A stretch of DNA of 64,000 bases, taken from the NCBI GenBank assembly GCA_040954595.2, contig CM082587.2, positions 7,243,705 to 7,307,704 on the forward strand. The letters are read 5' to 3'. Below the pieces are notes generated by a model, which worked only from the letters and a program-made list of their open reading frames with translations, made no database searches and was not told where the DNA came from. The stretch is from Balanoglossus misakiensis. Its lineage: Eukaryota; Animalia; Hemichordata. Below, in pieces: positions 53,601-64,000 of the stretch (positions are counted from its first letter, which is position 1; each line of letters begins with the position of its first letter). The position numbers and the translations under genes are program-made.

Positions 53601-56600
53601 ATAATATATTAACGAATCAAAATATAATCGTACCACTTCAACATTAAATACTACTATTTATTTATAATATATTAACGAATCAAAATATAATCGTACTACT
53701 TCAACATTAAATACTACTATTGCTATACTTAAGACCCCTGAGGCTTGCCATATTGTTATGTACATCATTCACCCAGATCAATTAAAACCTATAGGCTTAT
53801 CACGTCAAGGACAAACCAATATTGCACACACACACCCCTAGACATTATCAAAACAAACATAACCGCTCAAGGTTAAGGTCATGTTTGTATACTTTGCTGT
53901 GTATTAACTGGGAGATTTAGATTGATGGTATTTGGTTGGAAAGCCCCGATAAAAGTTATTGTATGTATAAAGTTCATTAAAAGTCATCCTTTGTAGTTTC
54001 TATGTAAGCTTCTCAAATGTTATACCGATAGTTTCCATGTTTACACCTAAACGCTCTCGCGAAGTTTGCGAAAATTTACTGTTCGCGAAAATTTATTGTT
54101 TTACAGTACATACATGAATGCATAGATGCATAGATACACATGGAGATATATACACACATGATATTTTTTATCAAATAATCATTTTTATCGAAGGATTTTT
54201 TTTCCAAAATGTACTGTGGATTATTTCTGCATCATTTTTCTTGCAGATTTTACTTTGGAATCGGTTCTGAAGAACAAAACAAAATTCCAGGATTATTTAA
54301 TGAGCAATTTGTCCTTACCAGTGACATCAGTCAAGCAGTTACTGGAGTATAAAATAAATGCTAAAGAGGTGAGTGCTGGTTGAGTGAGTGTTCCTTCTAT
54401 TTAACATGTAACAGTGGTCCGAGTCACAGCACACATGGATGGAAAATCTGGCCTAGTTATATCCCTGCTTCTGAGACCATCTCCATCTATACTTTAGTTT
54501 TCTTTGTTCAGCTATATGGTATTCAATCTCCATCTGTACTTATTTTTTCTCTGGTCAGCTATGAAGTTTCAATCCTTGCCTATTTTCATACCTTGCTTGT
54601 TGTGCAGTTTGCTTTAACACGTATTGTATCGTGCGATTTCACACACAGCTCTACAGAATATTGTATGGTGTTGCGCCAACGAAAGCCGAGACCAAAGAAA
54701 GTGCCACGGCTGGCGCCTTGACGTGGTCGCTCAAGAAGTGGCTCCATCACAGATTGGCCGGGTTGAAGCACGGCCTCCTCTTTCACGATCTGACGCATTC
54801 TGGCAAGGTACTCAGCAAAGATGAGCTGATCGGAATTCTCTCCCAGGCCTTCAGTCCAGACAGCATATCACCCGACGGCCTGAATTTCGATTCTCTTCAG
54901 TACGCTGACAAGATTAAGGTATCTTTCCTCCGTTCGTCATTACTGGTATCATTCAGTTATTAAAGCAGTACATGCCTACTTTCAATTTTCTCCATATAAA
55001 TAACAGAGACTGGCGGCCATTTTGAATTTCAAATTCGAGACACTTTTGCACTGTCATTCAAAAGTTTGCATGGTGACTCTTAATTTTTGTTCTCAATTTT
55101 AGGAGAAAATAATCTAAATTTGCCTTGTGCAAAATATTAGGAAAAAAATGTTTTAAGTCGTTGATTTTCAAGGCACACACTTCATGAACTTGAGGGTGTC
55201 ATCTACATGTATACACTACATTGTATGGGTATTGCGCACAATGCATTTTGGAACTGGTAACAGAACGCTATGTATATTCAAGCTGTTGAAATTCTGTGTG
55301 ATTTATCCAGAGAGCTGATAGAACTCAATAGGGTGACTTGAAGTGTTTTCATCTCTCCTTAAATATCTTATACAGAACACAATTGTCAATGCCACGGTGC
55401 TAAGAGATATCTCATGCCATGAAAGTGAAGTTTACAAACTTATAGAAGTGCCGCATGATCAGAGGCAAGAAGCGGTAAGTGAAAGTGTTAAAACCATTGC
55501 GCAGTACTCCGTGGTATGGTTGAAACTACATTCAGAGAAATAGGGAGGGTTAGGAGGAGAGAAATATTCGTGACATCATTGATTTCTTTCATCAGCCATT
55601 GTTAATTGTGTTTTTCTTAATCAAGTCAGCATGAACCATGGTTTAATTAAAACCACATCTTTGTTGACATTCCATTAATGTGATATTGCATTTTGTCAAT
55701 TCCATGTGTATTGCACTTTCCTAGTACCACTGTACGATTGCAACCCTTTCACCTGCATTGTCATTGTCATTGCTTCATGTCAGATGTTGCTTGGTGTGTT
55801 ATTTTTGACAGGATGTGATTGAGCATCTTCTTTGTGAAAGTCCACCGTCTTTACTTGAAAATCTCGCTAGAGAATTACGACAGGACTTGGATTCACAAGC
55901 CCTAGCCAATAAGGTATGCAAACACTGACTTGAGAAAGTCATTTACTGCAACTGGGTAAAAAAATTAAAGTTTTAAATAATCCCATATGTGCTTTTAATT
56001 ATGTCTATTAAATGATATTTCATGATAGTAATATCAAGATCAAAGCTTATTTATGATAGAATGGCAAAAAATTTGTTTAAAAAGTACAATTAATTGATGT
56101 ACATTATCAGGAATCATGTAATTGAATTTATTGGTCCCTTTTATGCAAGCAATATTTTTTGGACATCACAGGGAAATATTCTACAAGCCTGTGAGCGTAG
56201 GGGTCAGCTTCTTCACTACAAACCCTGTTCAGAGCACATTCCATTTACACACATGTTGTCGCATCTTCAGTGTTTGGCCCATCGGTCCATTTGGGATACA
56301 TTTTCACAGGTCACGTGTTAGAACTGTGTACTGGTATTATTATAGAACAGGTTCCATTATCGCAGTCCTCAAGTAAGAATTAACACATGTTGTATAAATC
56401 AATTTTACATCCTGTGTATGTATAATTATCGTCCATGTTTCTGACAGTTAAATTTGACAATGGTGAACTACGACAGATCCAGAAGAAAAGTGGAGAGGAT
56501 ACTCAATGATGTGAGTACGAATTCGTTGTCTTGGTGATGAGGATGGTAAATGAGGGCTGATTGCCTGCTGAAATTGTCTACGTTTAGTTCCATTTTGGCA

Positions 56601-59600
56601 GACATGTCTATGCACATTCTAATACATGTACACATTGGCAGTTTGGCAAGCTGTCAGAACCATCAACACTACTGTGGAATTCTACAGACAAAGAAGAATA
56701 CTGATGCAAATAGTTAGACTGTAAAATGTATCTGATTACTAAAGAAGTTTCTAATGCGAGATTTGTTTTATTATTGAATATTATGACTTTTTCCCCAGTT
56801 ACAAAGGTATGCAGTGTTTGACAAGACACTGGACGACATCAGTTCCTTTGCGTCGCTGCTCCCCAGCGACGCCTGCCCAGGTCAGCAGAACGACACGTCA
56901 GTGCCGCACGACCAGTTCACATTCAACAGCTCGGACTTTCTGTTCGGTAACTTCTCGGACGACTACTTCGATCTGGAGAGCGCCAATCAGACGCTGGACG
57001 GCGCCCGGGGCGACCCCAACCTCCTGGGGTTCAACGAGGACTCCGACCCGGCCCTGGACGAGAAAACCAAGAAGCTGGTGCACCTGTACAAGATATGGGG
57101 CTCCATGCAGAACGTTCTGTGCGGCGTCAACAGCACGGTGGACGAGACCGCTCTGAATCGAGGGAACCTGGACGCGGCCGGGTTCACGTCGTACCAGGAG
57201 AAGAACCTGCAAGTGCTGGTGCATCTGCTCTTCAACAACCCCAAGATACTGTACGCGCCCAACACCACGGATGTCAACGATCTGATTCACAAGGTGAGTG
57301 GTCTGGTCCTGTTGACTGATGGAACGATCTTTTGCTGTGAGCAAATCTGTGATCGGTAATGTCTAGTTTGAAATGAGAACATTGAATATAATTGCAATAT
57401 CTACATTGTACATAGTGGTTTGACAGGTAAAATGTGGCACCAGTCATATATAGGCACCATGACATGAACTGCATAAATCTATAATATTCATTGCTGAAAT
57501 CAGATGAGTTTTAATTAGTGAACTTGGCCAAGAATGTTCGTGTACAAGTAGACCAGAAATTGGAACCACCAATTAACTCTCTGTGTGTTATTTTTTTTTT
57601 CGCCAGGCAAGCAGCTTCCTGCACTTGGCAGAGAATATCACAACTTTTGCCTACACATGGCTGAATTATTCTCAGGAGATACGAGAACATCTCCATCAGA
57701 ACACGACCATTGAATCGTATCAATGGCTCAGACAGGTGAGTTATGACGGCAATCAATGAAATCTATTGTGAATACTGTGAGGTATTGAATTGCACTGGAA
57801 ATTTTGCTGCAGGGATGTGATGGAACATTTTCATTATTTTCACACATTTCTTCCCATTTTCCCCCATAATTCTGGACCAATTGGACATAATTTTCTGTTA
57901 TCTGCAGGTCTTGATCAAATTTTTGAAAAAATATGGTAAAAGTTATGATGTTTTATTTTTTGTTGTTGAAAAAATGATGACAAGTTGGCTATGGCATTGA
58001 AAGGGTTAAAGTTCCAACTTAATTATCAGACTGATCTAACTTGAAATTTATTTATTAGATTAAAAATTCAGTAGCTAGAGAACAAAAAATAAATGAGCAA
58101 TTCACACATCCACTAATTAAAGAACTAGGCATTGATATAGGGGTGGCTTTAAAATGAATCAAATCAACTACATGGGTGCTTTATTAACCCTAATGCTACT
58201 GGGTGTCATATCTGTTTAGAGTGTCAAGTCCCTTAAAATACGTATTTGCCACTTTTTCTTCTAAAACGTATTTTGACTGTCTTGACATGGCTCTCATACG
58301 TACTTAGACACACTTGGCAGTCTGAGCCCCCTGTAAAATGAATCAAATCGTACTGGTTTGCACTGTATTGGTCTGAGGGTCTTGTATAGGCCCTACTGAT
58401 TAACACGCACTTGGCAGCCTAACAGGCCTGGGAGCCAGGATTCTTGGCACCCTGGAAATCAAACCAGTTTCAACTGGCTTGGCAGCATTAGGGTTAATCA
58501 AATTGTTTGCCCTTTTTTGCATTATATGGAATAGATGACATATGAATTGAAGGAGCATCCAGAGCTACTCCGCAATCGTACTGTGGGCAGCATGGTGGAT
58601 GCCATGATCGAGAACGGAACTGTTCCTGATATCGGAGCGATAGAAGACAAACTCCTGATCATTGACAACGCTGCCTGTGCTTGGATCGAGATTGTGTCCA
58701 AGACGAAGCTGGACGTCTTCCAACCGTTCACCAACGAGACACAGCTGGTGAATTACGTACTCAACAGTGCGTATAAGGACAATGTGACTGTCTTTGCAAG
58801 TACGTATGACAAGACTATACTAGCCAGTTTTTTTACTCTCTTAGTTATCCAGTGATACAATTTTGAAAGACAGGTAACAGACATTCATGTCTTTTTTGTT
58901 TATCATTGATGAGTTGACGTCATCTGTAAAGACCATTATAAAAGGAATAGTTCATAAGAATGGTTTTCAGATTTTTGAATGAAGTACCCATGTGAACCTC
59001 ACAGTGTATCGAATGGTTAAAATGACTTGTATGTAGCAGATTGTTTCGTCATTCACTCAAGGGCCGCCTTAGAGCTTGTACCTGGGGTATGTGTTGTTTT
59101 TTGTGCTCAAGTTGGGGAATGGTGAAACTAGGGTGACATGTCTCCTGATGCAAGTGCTTTCTTCCACCTGTAAGAATTCTGCGTGGAATTTTGGCAGCAT
59201 GATTCGGAAACCTTTCTAGTGTTGAACTGCTCGCTGCCTTTGATTAGCAAAAACACTGATCATGCATGATGACAACTTTACTCAGGAATTTGCTCACAGG
59301 ATGTGATCTTTCGAAGTGCATTCATGTTAAGATTGCATATGGAAAAAAATATATTTCTAAATTCCCATCACAATCTATCTTTTTGTGTTCTCTTACAGGT
59401 GTTGTGTTTGAAGTCGATGAACATGGAAACCTACCACCTCATGTTGTCTACAAGATCAGACAAAACAGCAGCTTTACAGACAGTAAGGGTTTTTTTTGCT
59501 TCTACTGATATTGCACTGGGTAGAAAAAATATCTCCACATGCTATATGTCAAGAATATATGATGTATCACCAAAACGCTTTAGGTTACACCGACAATGAA

Positions 59601-62600
59601 TGTGAATCTGTTGATGCATGTACATATAATATACAAGTGGAATGTACATATACGGACAGCCTGAGCCATATAGCCAAGCATTGACACACACACATACCCA
59701 TACATACGCTATGGCACTTTACTAGAGTGATGTGTTATGTTTTTGTGGGATTCCTGAGCGTTATGGTCAGCAACAGAAAACCAGATGTTGTCTACCTGAT
59801 TGCAGTTTCATCAGCTTTGCCTTGTACAGGTATATGTAGTTGTACTATTTGAAATAAAAATATGATCCACTCATGTTTGTACCCATAAAATTGTAATGTA
59901 TGCTAATTTTCCTCACCATTCTTCACAGAAAATACCAACGTTGTGAGGAACAAGTACTGGTCCCCGGGCTCCAACCATTGGCATTCCATCCGGTACTACC
60001 AGTTTGGGTTCGTGCTGGTGCAGGACATCATCGAGAGAGCCATCATTGACAAGCGAGTTGGTCGCGCTGTGATGGAACCTGGCAGCTATGTCCACGAAGT
60101 TCCTTATCCTTGCTTCATCAGTGATCAGTAAGTACCTGCTTGTCTGCTACTGTAAAACTTCTATTTGAATCACTCATGCAAATTTTATACAAGCCGTGAC
60201 CCGACTCGGAAAACATGATTTGGATCTATGTTGACAGCTTTAGGATCCCAATATTTCAAAATTAAAATTTTTTTGCATCAATTTTTTTAATACTAATTTT
60301 TTTACTTATAATCAAATGTAGAATCTATGGTTTGAACATGCATCTTATTTATTGTCATTTTTCTTACAAGTTTCATCATGTTTTTTTCTTGGTGCAAATT
60401 TATGTATCTTACATTTGTTCTTACAGCTTTATATACGTTATAGAGCACATGTTTCCGATCGTGATGATCATATCATGGGTATACTACGTGGCAATGCTTA
60501 CGCAGAACATTGTGTATGAAAAAGAACAGAGACTGAAAGAGGTAAGATAGGAATTTAATGTTTTTTTTTGCATTTTAATTGTAATCAACTACAAATTTGT
60601 TCAAAAAGAGCATCATGCAAAAGTTGACTAGACTCTGTTTTATTGTTTTGGAATGAAAAATATTGCATGCAGTAAGTGCTCTGTGGATAAGAGAAATTGT
60701 TGGAGTCATGTGATGGTGATACAAACAAACATACCTGGGGAGCACAGGCTCAGAAATACACCTTTTATCTCCAGTATATTACAACAGATCAAGACACTCT
60801 GCAAATTTTCTGCCGAAGTTCATTTCAGAATTTTCATTCAGTGAATCGATATGAAACACACTCTTGTTCAATAAACACAATAGATGAAGCACAGAAAACC
60901 CACATGGCACACAAACCACACAATATTTGACTAAATTGTTTCTCGTTGACTGTGAATTTTCAGGTGATGAAAATCATGGGATTGAGCAGTGTGGTACACT
61001 GGGTTGCGTGGTTTATAACCAGTCTGTTTGAGATGTCCATTACTATAATATCCCTGGCTTGCATTCTCAAATACGGCAACGTGTTAACCTACAGTAATCC
61101 AATCATTGTTTGGATATTCCTCACTGTGTTTGCAATAGCCACGACCATGTTCTGGTAAGTTATCTTTTTGGTACTTTGTCTTGTAAGTTTTCCTTGAAGG
61201 TATACGGTCACCTATGCAAATACAGCTTCAGTTAGTTACCACGGTAAAACTGGGATCTAGCCAATCACAGATTTTCAGTGGGTGGCACACGCGAAAAAAA
61301 GAGCGCCACCATATGTTCTGTAGAATGCTCAAATATGCCATTTCAGCCATATATGGGCGTATGTGAATTGGAGGTGACTGTATATCTTTAAGCCTGTGTG
61401 GTCTTTTGCTAAGCTGTGTGTGATGTGTATGTAGTGGTGTGTTTTGGTAAAATTTAACGGAGACATCTTGGTCCAGCGGCAAGGGTACTGAGCTACAGGT
61501 AACTATCAATTGTGGGTTTATACTTTGAGACTTGAGTGTCTCACACTCCTGGCCGCAGGGAGTGTGGGATAAACCTATATCCCACACTCTTGTAGACCTG
61601 AAAGCGTTATATGACACAAGCACTGATTGGATGATAAATTAAGGTGCGCAAAATGTTATCCAATGACATGATTTGTAATACATGGAGAGGATCTACAATG
61701 CTCTAGATATTTATTTCAATTTTCTTTCTGTTTTCTTGTAGCTTCATGGTCAGTGCGTTGTTCTCCAAAGCCAGACTTGCTGCTGCATGCGCCGGCATAT
61801 TGTACTTCATAAGCTACGTGCCGTATTTGTACATCGCTCTGAGGGAAGAAGTGGTCAATGAAAACATTCCAGTCTACACAAAGAGTTTAGCTGTAAGTGT
61901 GTTTGCTTGATCGGTATAACTATGATGAACGATAGGCCTACGATATCTAGGATAATGTGTTACAAGCAGACTACTGCAGTGTTCTTTGCAAAAATATATG
62001 ATGAAGTCAGATATGATAGTGTTAATTTGGTGCTTGCCATTGACTTTTTATTTCAGTCTACATATTGCTTACACAAATATTTAAAATGATGGAAAAAATC
62101 TGTCAGATATTAATTTGGTTCTTGGAATTTACTTTTTTTTTTCAGTCCACACTGTCAACTACTGCCTTTGGCATTGGTGCCAAGTACTTCTCATTGTATG
62201 AAGAGCAAGGAGTCGGAATGCAGTGGCATAACTTCAATAAGAGCCCACTGGAAGAGGATAAATATAACTTATTCCATGTCATAATGATTATGCTGGGAGA
62301 TGCGATCATGTACGGTGTCTTGACCTGGTATATTGAGGCTGTCCATCCAGGTGTGTATTCCGTATGTGACAATTTACCTTGGATGGGAAAAAAAGCTCAA
62401 AACGAAATTAATCATGTTTACACTGTATATAGAGGGGATATGGCCTGAAAGGGTTGATGTTGTATGCATCTTGTGGATGGAAACCTTGAACTTTTGAATA
62501 TTCATTGTTTGATGAGATTTGACATCAAAATTTGTAAAAAAAAGTTAAAGTAAGAAGCAGTTCTCTTTAACCCATTGACAACCATGGTTCAGTCCAAATG

Positions 62601-63895
62601 CATTGTTTTCTATGGTAAGGTTGGACCTCTAAACAGGGAACTGGGAGAGGGGGGGGGGGAAAGGGTAAAGTTGAATGGCTTTCTTTCAACCGTTGTCCAA
62701 ACAGCAAAATCATAATTACATTGTGTGTATAGCTTGTTGCCATCTTTTTGACTCCTGTAGGTTCATATGGCTTACCCCGGCCGTGGTATTTCCCCTTCCA
62801 AAAATCGTACTGGTTCGGTCACGGCACTACAGAGAGTACACAGATGTCATTGACGACGTGCTTCAGGCGCGGAACCTACACGCCGTTGTCAGTGATGGAG
62901 GAAGACCAGGCCTGTGCTATGGCTGCTGCATCACAAGGTGTGTGGTCGGTATTATTTTCTGACTGTCTAACACTTAAAGGGTGACGATCGTCTTGTGCCA
63001 GACCAGAGACTCTGGTTACAAAAGTTGTATACAGTCAAAGGCAGTGTTCTGTGCTTAACAACAGACAAGATGTTGCTGCTATAATAAAGTGTGTCTGAAT
63101 TCATTGCTTTTGATATTATTTTCTGAGAAATTAAACATTTTTGCTGATGGCAGTTGAAGTCAAATTCTTTGTACTTTAATCCCCATGGCAACTTATGACT
63201 TCTGAGCTGGATTCAAACACTGCCTCACCATGCAGATGTTAAGATGTGACATTCATTTGGTTATGTTGAAGTGTTGGCAGATTGAAACTCTAACACGTTA
63301 TACTTATCCGTTAATCAGAGGAAGAAAATCGATACATTGAAGAAGAACCAATCCACCTTCCGCTTGGAGTCTGCATTGATGGCCTTGTCAAGGTTAGTTT
63401 TCCTGAGATTTCATCAAGTAGAAATTTCATTCTTCTGAAAACCAGTGCTGTAGGAAGCAGAACTTACCAGAACTAACCCGGTTGATTGCAATGCGCTCTT
63501 TGTATGTCACTTCGGAGCTGGAAATTTCAATAGAAAATTATTAGTATTTCTAACATATTTTGCATCATAACCTATCAAAGAGTGTTTATGTCATATTTAT
63601 TTTGATTCAAGAATCAGTTGAGATCGGATCTTCATTGGATCTTGACAAAAAATTGCTTTTTGTCTCAATTTATGGTACTGTAATAAATGGTTGACTACAT
63701 GTACCGGTTAATGTCTATAGGGGTATTTTCTTGTCTGTTTAATTTGTACTCTTCAATCTATATTTTCATGATTTTATTTCTCAAGGTGTACAAGAACAAT
63801 AACAAGCCGGCAGTGAACAAGCTGAGTTTGAATTTCTACGAAGGACAGATCACGTCCTTTTTAGGACATAATGGTGCCGGGAAAACCACAACACT
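38690..63895 (+). CDS. ABCA2: ATP-binding cassette subfamily A member 2 (5' part, through NBD1 Walker A; continues beyond the window)
   Basis: Exons: 38690-38755 ([22 protein letters not shown]), 42376-42469, 46864-46975 ([21 protein letters not shown]), 48595-48752, 54247-54368, 54649-54918, 55376-55474, 55812-55913, 56448-56510, 56799-57293, 57607-57735, 58535-58799, 59399-59482, 59929-60127, 60427-60541, 60964-61154, 61742-61892, 62146-62350, 62761-62937, 63319-63392, 63786-63895 (GHNGAGKTT). All GT-AG and in phase. The N-terminus and [12 protein letters not shown] are ABCA2-specific. Confidence 0.93.
42540..42767. mobile_element. Truncated MITE family A copy
   Basis: Right part ending GGGCAGCGAGAGAGAGACTTTGTCCCT; left end missing. 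Confidence 0.7.
42772..43118. mobile_element. Degenerate TTAA-type MITE (family B-like)
   Basis: CATTAGCTGTACCTTT...AAAGTTACAGCTAATGTCCCT|TTAA inverted ends. Confidence 0.55.
45801..46006. mobile_element. Tc1/mariner-like MITE
   Basis: TA|CTGTAAAACACTTT...AAAGTGTTTTACAG with repeated TTCGCG(AA) motifs; partial relatives near 39580-39770 and 54050-54108. Confidence 0.65.
50332..50618 (+). repeat. AT-rich 63-bp tandem array, 4.6 copies (left arm)
   Basis: Unit TAGTAGTATTTAATGTTGAAGTAGTACGATTATATTTTGATTCGTTAATATATTATAAATAAA starting at 50332, 50395, 50458, 50521 and 50584 (partial). Confidence 0.97.
50738..50932 (+). CDS. 64-aa SAM (sterile alpha motif)-like ORF, probably a truncated transposon-borne gene
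   Basis: [55 protein letters not shown] fits the SAM pattern (L..L.L..Y/L...F....I....LL.L....L..LG+...G.R.++). The stop codon is supplied by the TAG terminus of a nested element. Confidence 0.6.
   Translation: MDIEAILHEINLATLVERFKYERIEAPTVLSMTEGEIKRLGVTRAGDRVRLRDLCKEATQPSPA
51102..51309. mobile_element. Central MITE with 48-bp TIRs
   Basis: TAACCGACTCCAAATATGATGC(G/C)ATTAACTTGTCCTAACGTCCGAACC at 51102-51149 and inverted at 51262-51309, one mismatch. Confidence 0.75.
51310..52250. mobile_element. 941-bp PIF/Harbinger-like non-autonomous element, TTA TSD
   Basis: TTA|GGGACCGTTCAGTTTT(T/C)ACGGC.G-run.CGGCAA...GAACGGTCCC|TTA; many G-runs internally. Confidence 0.75.
52426..52620 (-). CDS. Mirror copy of the 64-aa SAM-like ORF
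   Basis: Same protein as 50738-50932; one synonymous difference (GTG/GTA Val; 50884 vs 52474). Confidence 0.6.
   Translation of the reverse strand: MDIEAILHEINLATLVERFKYERIEAPTVLSMTEGEIKRLGVTRAGDRVRLRDLCKEATQPSPA
52740..53719 (-). repeat. 63-bp tandem array, 15.6 copies (right arm, inverted)
   Basis: 980 bp = 15 x 63 + 35; reverse complement of the left-arm unit. Confidence 0.97.
58188..58493. mobile_element. piggyBac-like MITE
   Basis: TTAA|CCCTAATGCT...AGCATTAGGG|TTAA. Confidence 0.65.
62571..62665. mobile_element. Degenerate copy of the 85-bp piggyBac-like MITE
   Basis: TTAA|CCC...CCATGGTTCAGTCCA...CATTGTTTTCTATGGTA...AGGGAACTGGG...AAAGGG, shared with 17386-17471. Confidence 0.6.
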
Positions 63896-64000
63896 GTAAG
63901 TCTCATCAAGTGGGAACTTTGATTCATGGACTGGAATTGGTTGAACGTGAAAATGCACAAAGTTCAAGTTGTGAATTTTTGTATACCATCATCTCTAATT

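Larger units (their letters stand above)
50299..53752. mobile_element. 3.45-kb foldback (palindromic) non-autonomous DNA element, IS3EU-like ends, 6-bp TSD
   Basis: TTGTTA|TATGGCAAGCCTCAGGGGTCTTAAGTATAGCAA...TTGCTATACTTAAGACCCCTGAGGCTTGCCATA|TTGTTA. Arms 50299-51103 and 52255-53752 are mirror images apart from array length and a few SNPs. The superfamily call rests on recalled IS3EU termini (TAY..RTA, 6-bp TSD). Confidence 0.85.

Noticed and set aside
50332-53719. 63-bp arrays as a CRISPR array
   Set aside because: The units are contiguous and near-identical with no unique spacers, there are no cas genes, and the context is a eukaryotic intron.
50299-53752. Polinton/Maverick (6-bp TSD, AGTAGT motif in the repeat unit)
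   Set aside because: The true termini defined by the TSD are TATGG...CCATA rather than AG...CT, and there are no polB, integrase or capsid remnants. Not fully excluded without a database search.
50299-53752. Chimeric-read foldback assembly artefact
   Set aside because: The symmetry stops precisely at a 6-bp direct duplication, the arms differ in array length and SNPs, the centre is asymmetric, and ABCA2 exons continue in order on both sides.

Overview
Eukaryotic, intron-rich animal DNA, probably from an invertebrate deuterostome (inferred from gene content and repeat style). Four host genes could be rebuilt exon by exon with consistent splice phases. (1) A crumbs-family gene on the minus strand (ATG 21800, running off the window at 1; signal peptide, LamG, >20 EGF, further LamG/EGF). 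(2) MRPS2 on the plus strand (22253-23764), head-to-head with crumbs. (3) An uncharacterised type II membrane O-fucosyltransferase-like gene on the minus strand (28642-32977) with a GC-AG intron. (4) The 5' part of ABCA2 on the plus strand (ATG 38690 to the Walker A exon at 63895). The most unusual structure is a 3.45-kb foldback element in ABCA2 intron 4 (50299-53752). It has TATGG...CCATA ends and a 6-bp TSD (TTGTTA), mirrored 63-bp tandem arrays (4.6 vs 15.6 copies), two convergent copies of a SAM-domain ORF encoding identical proteins, and a centre of three further nested inverted-repeat layers. A second notable find is a candidate alternative first exon encoding a signal peptide inside crumbs intron 5 (10348-10423), reminiscent of vertebrate CRB1-B. 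Many small TIR elements (TTAA-, TA- and TAG-type MITEs) populate the introns and intergenic DNA. No CRISPR array or RNA genes were recognised.
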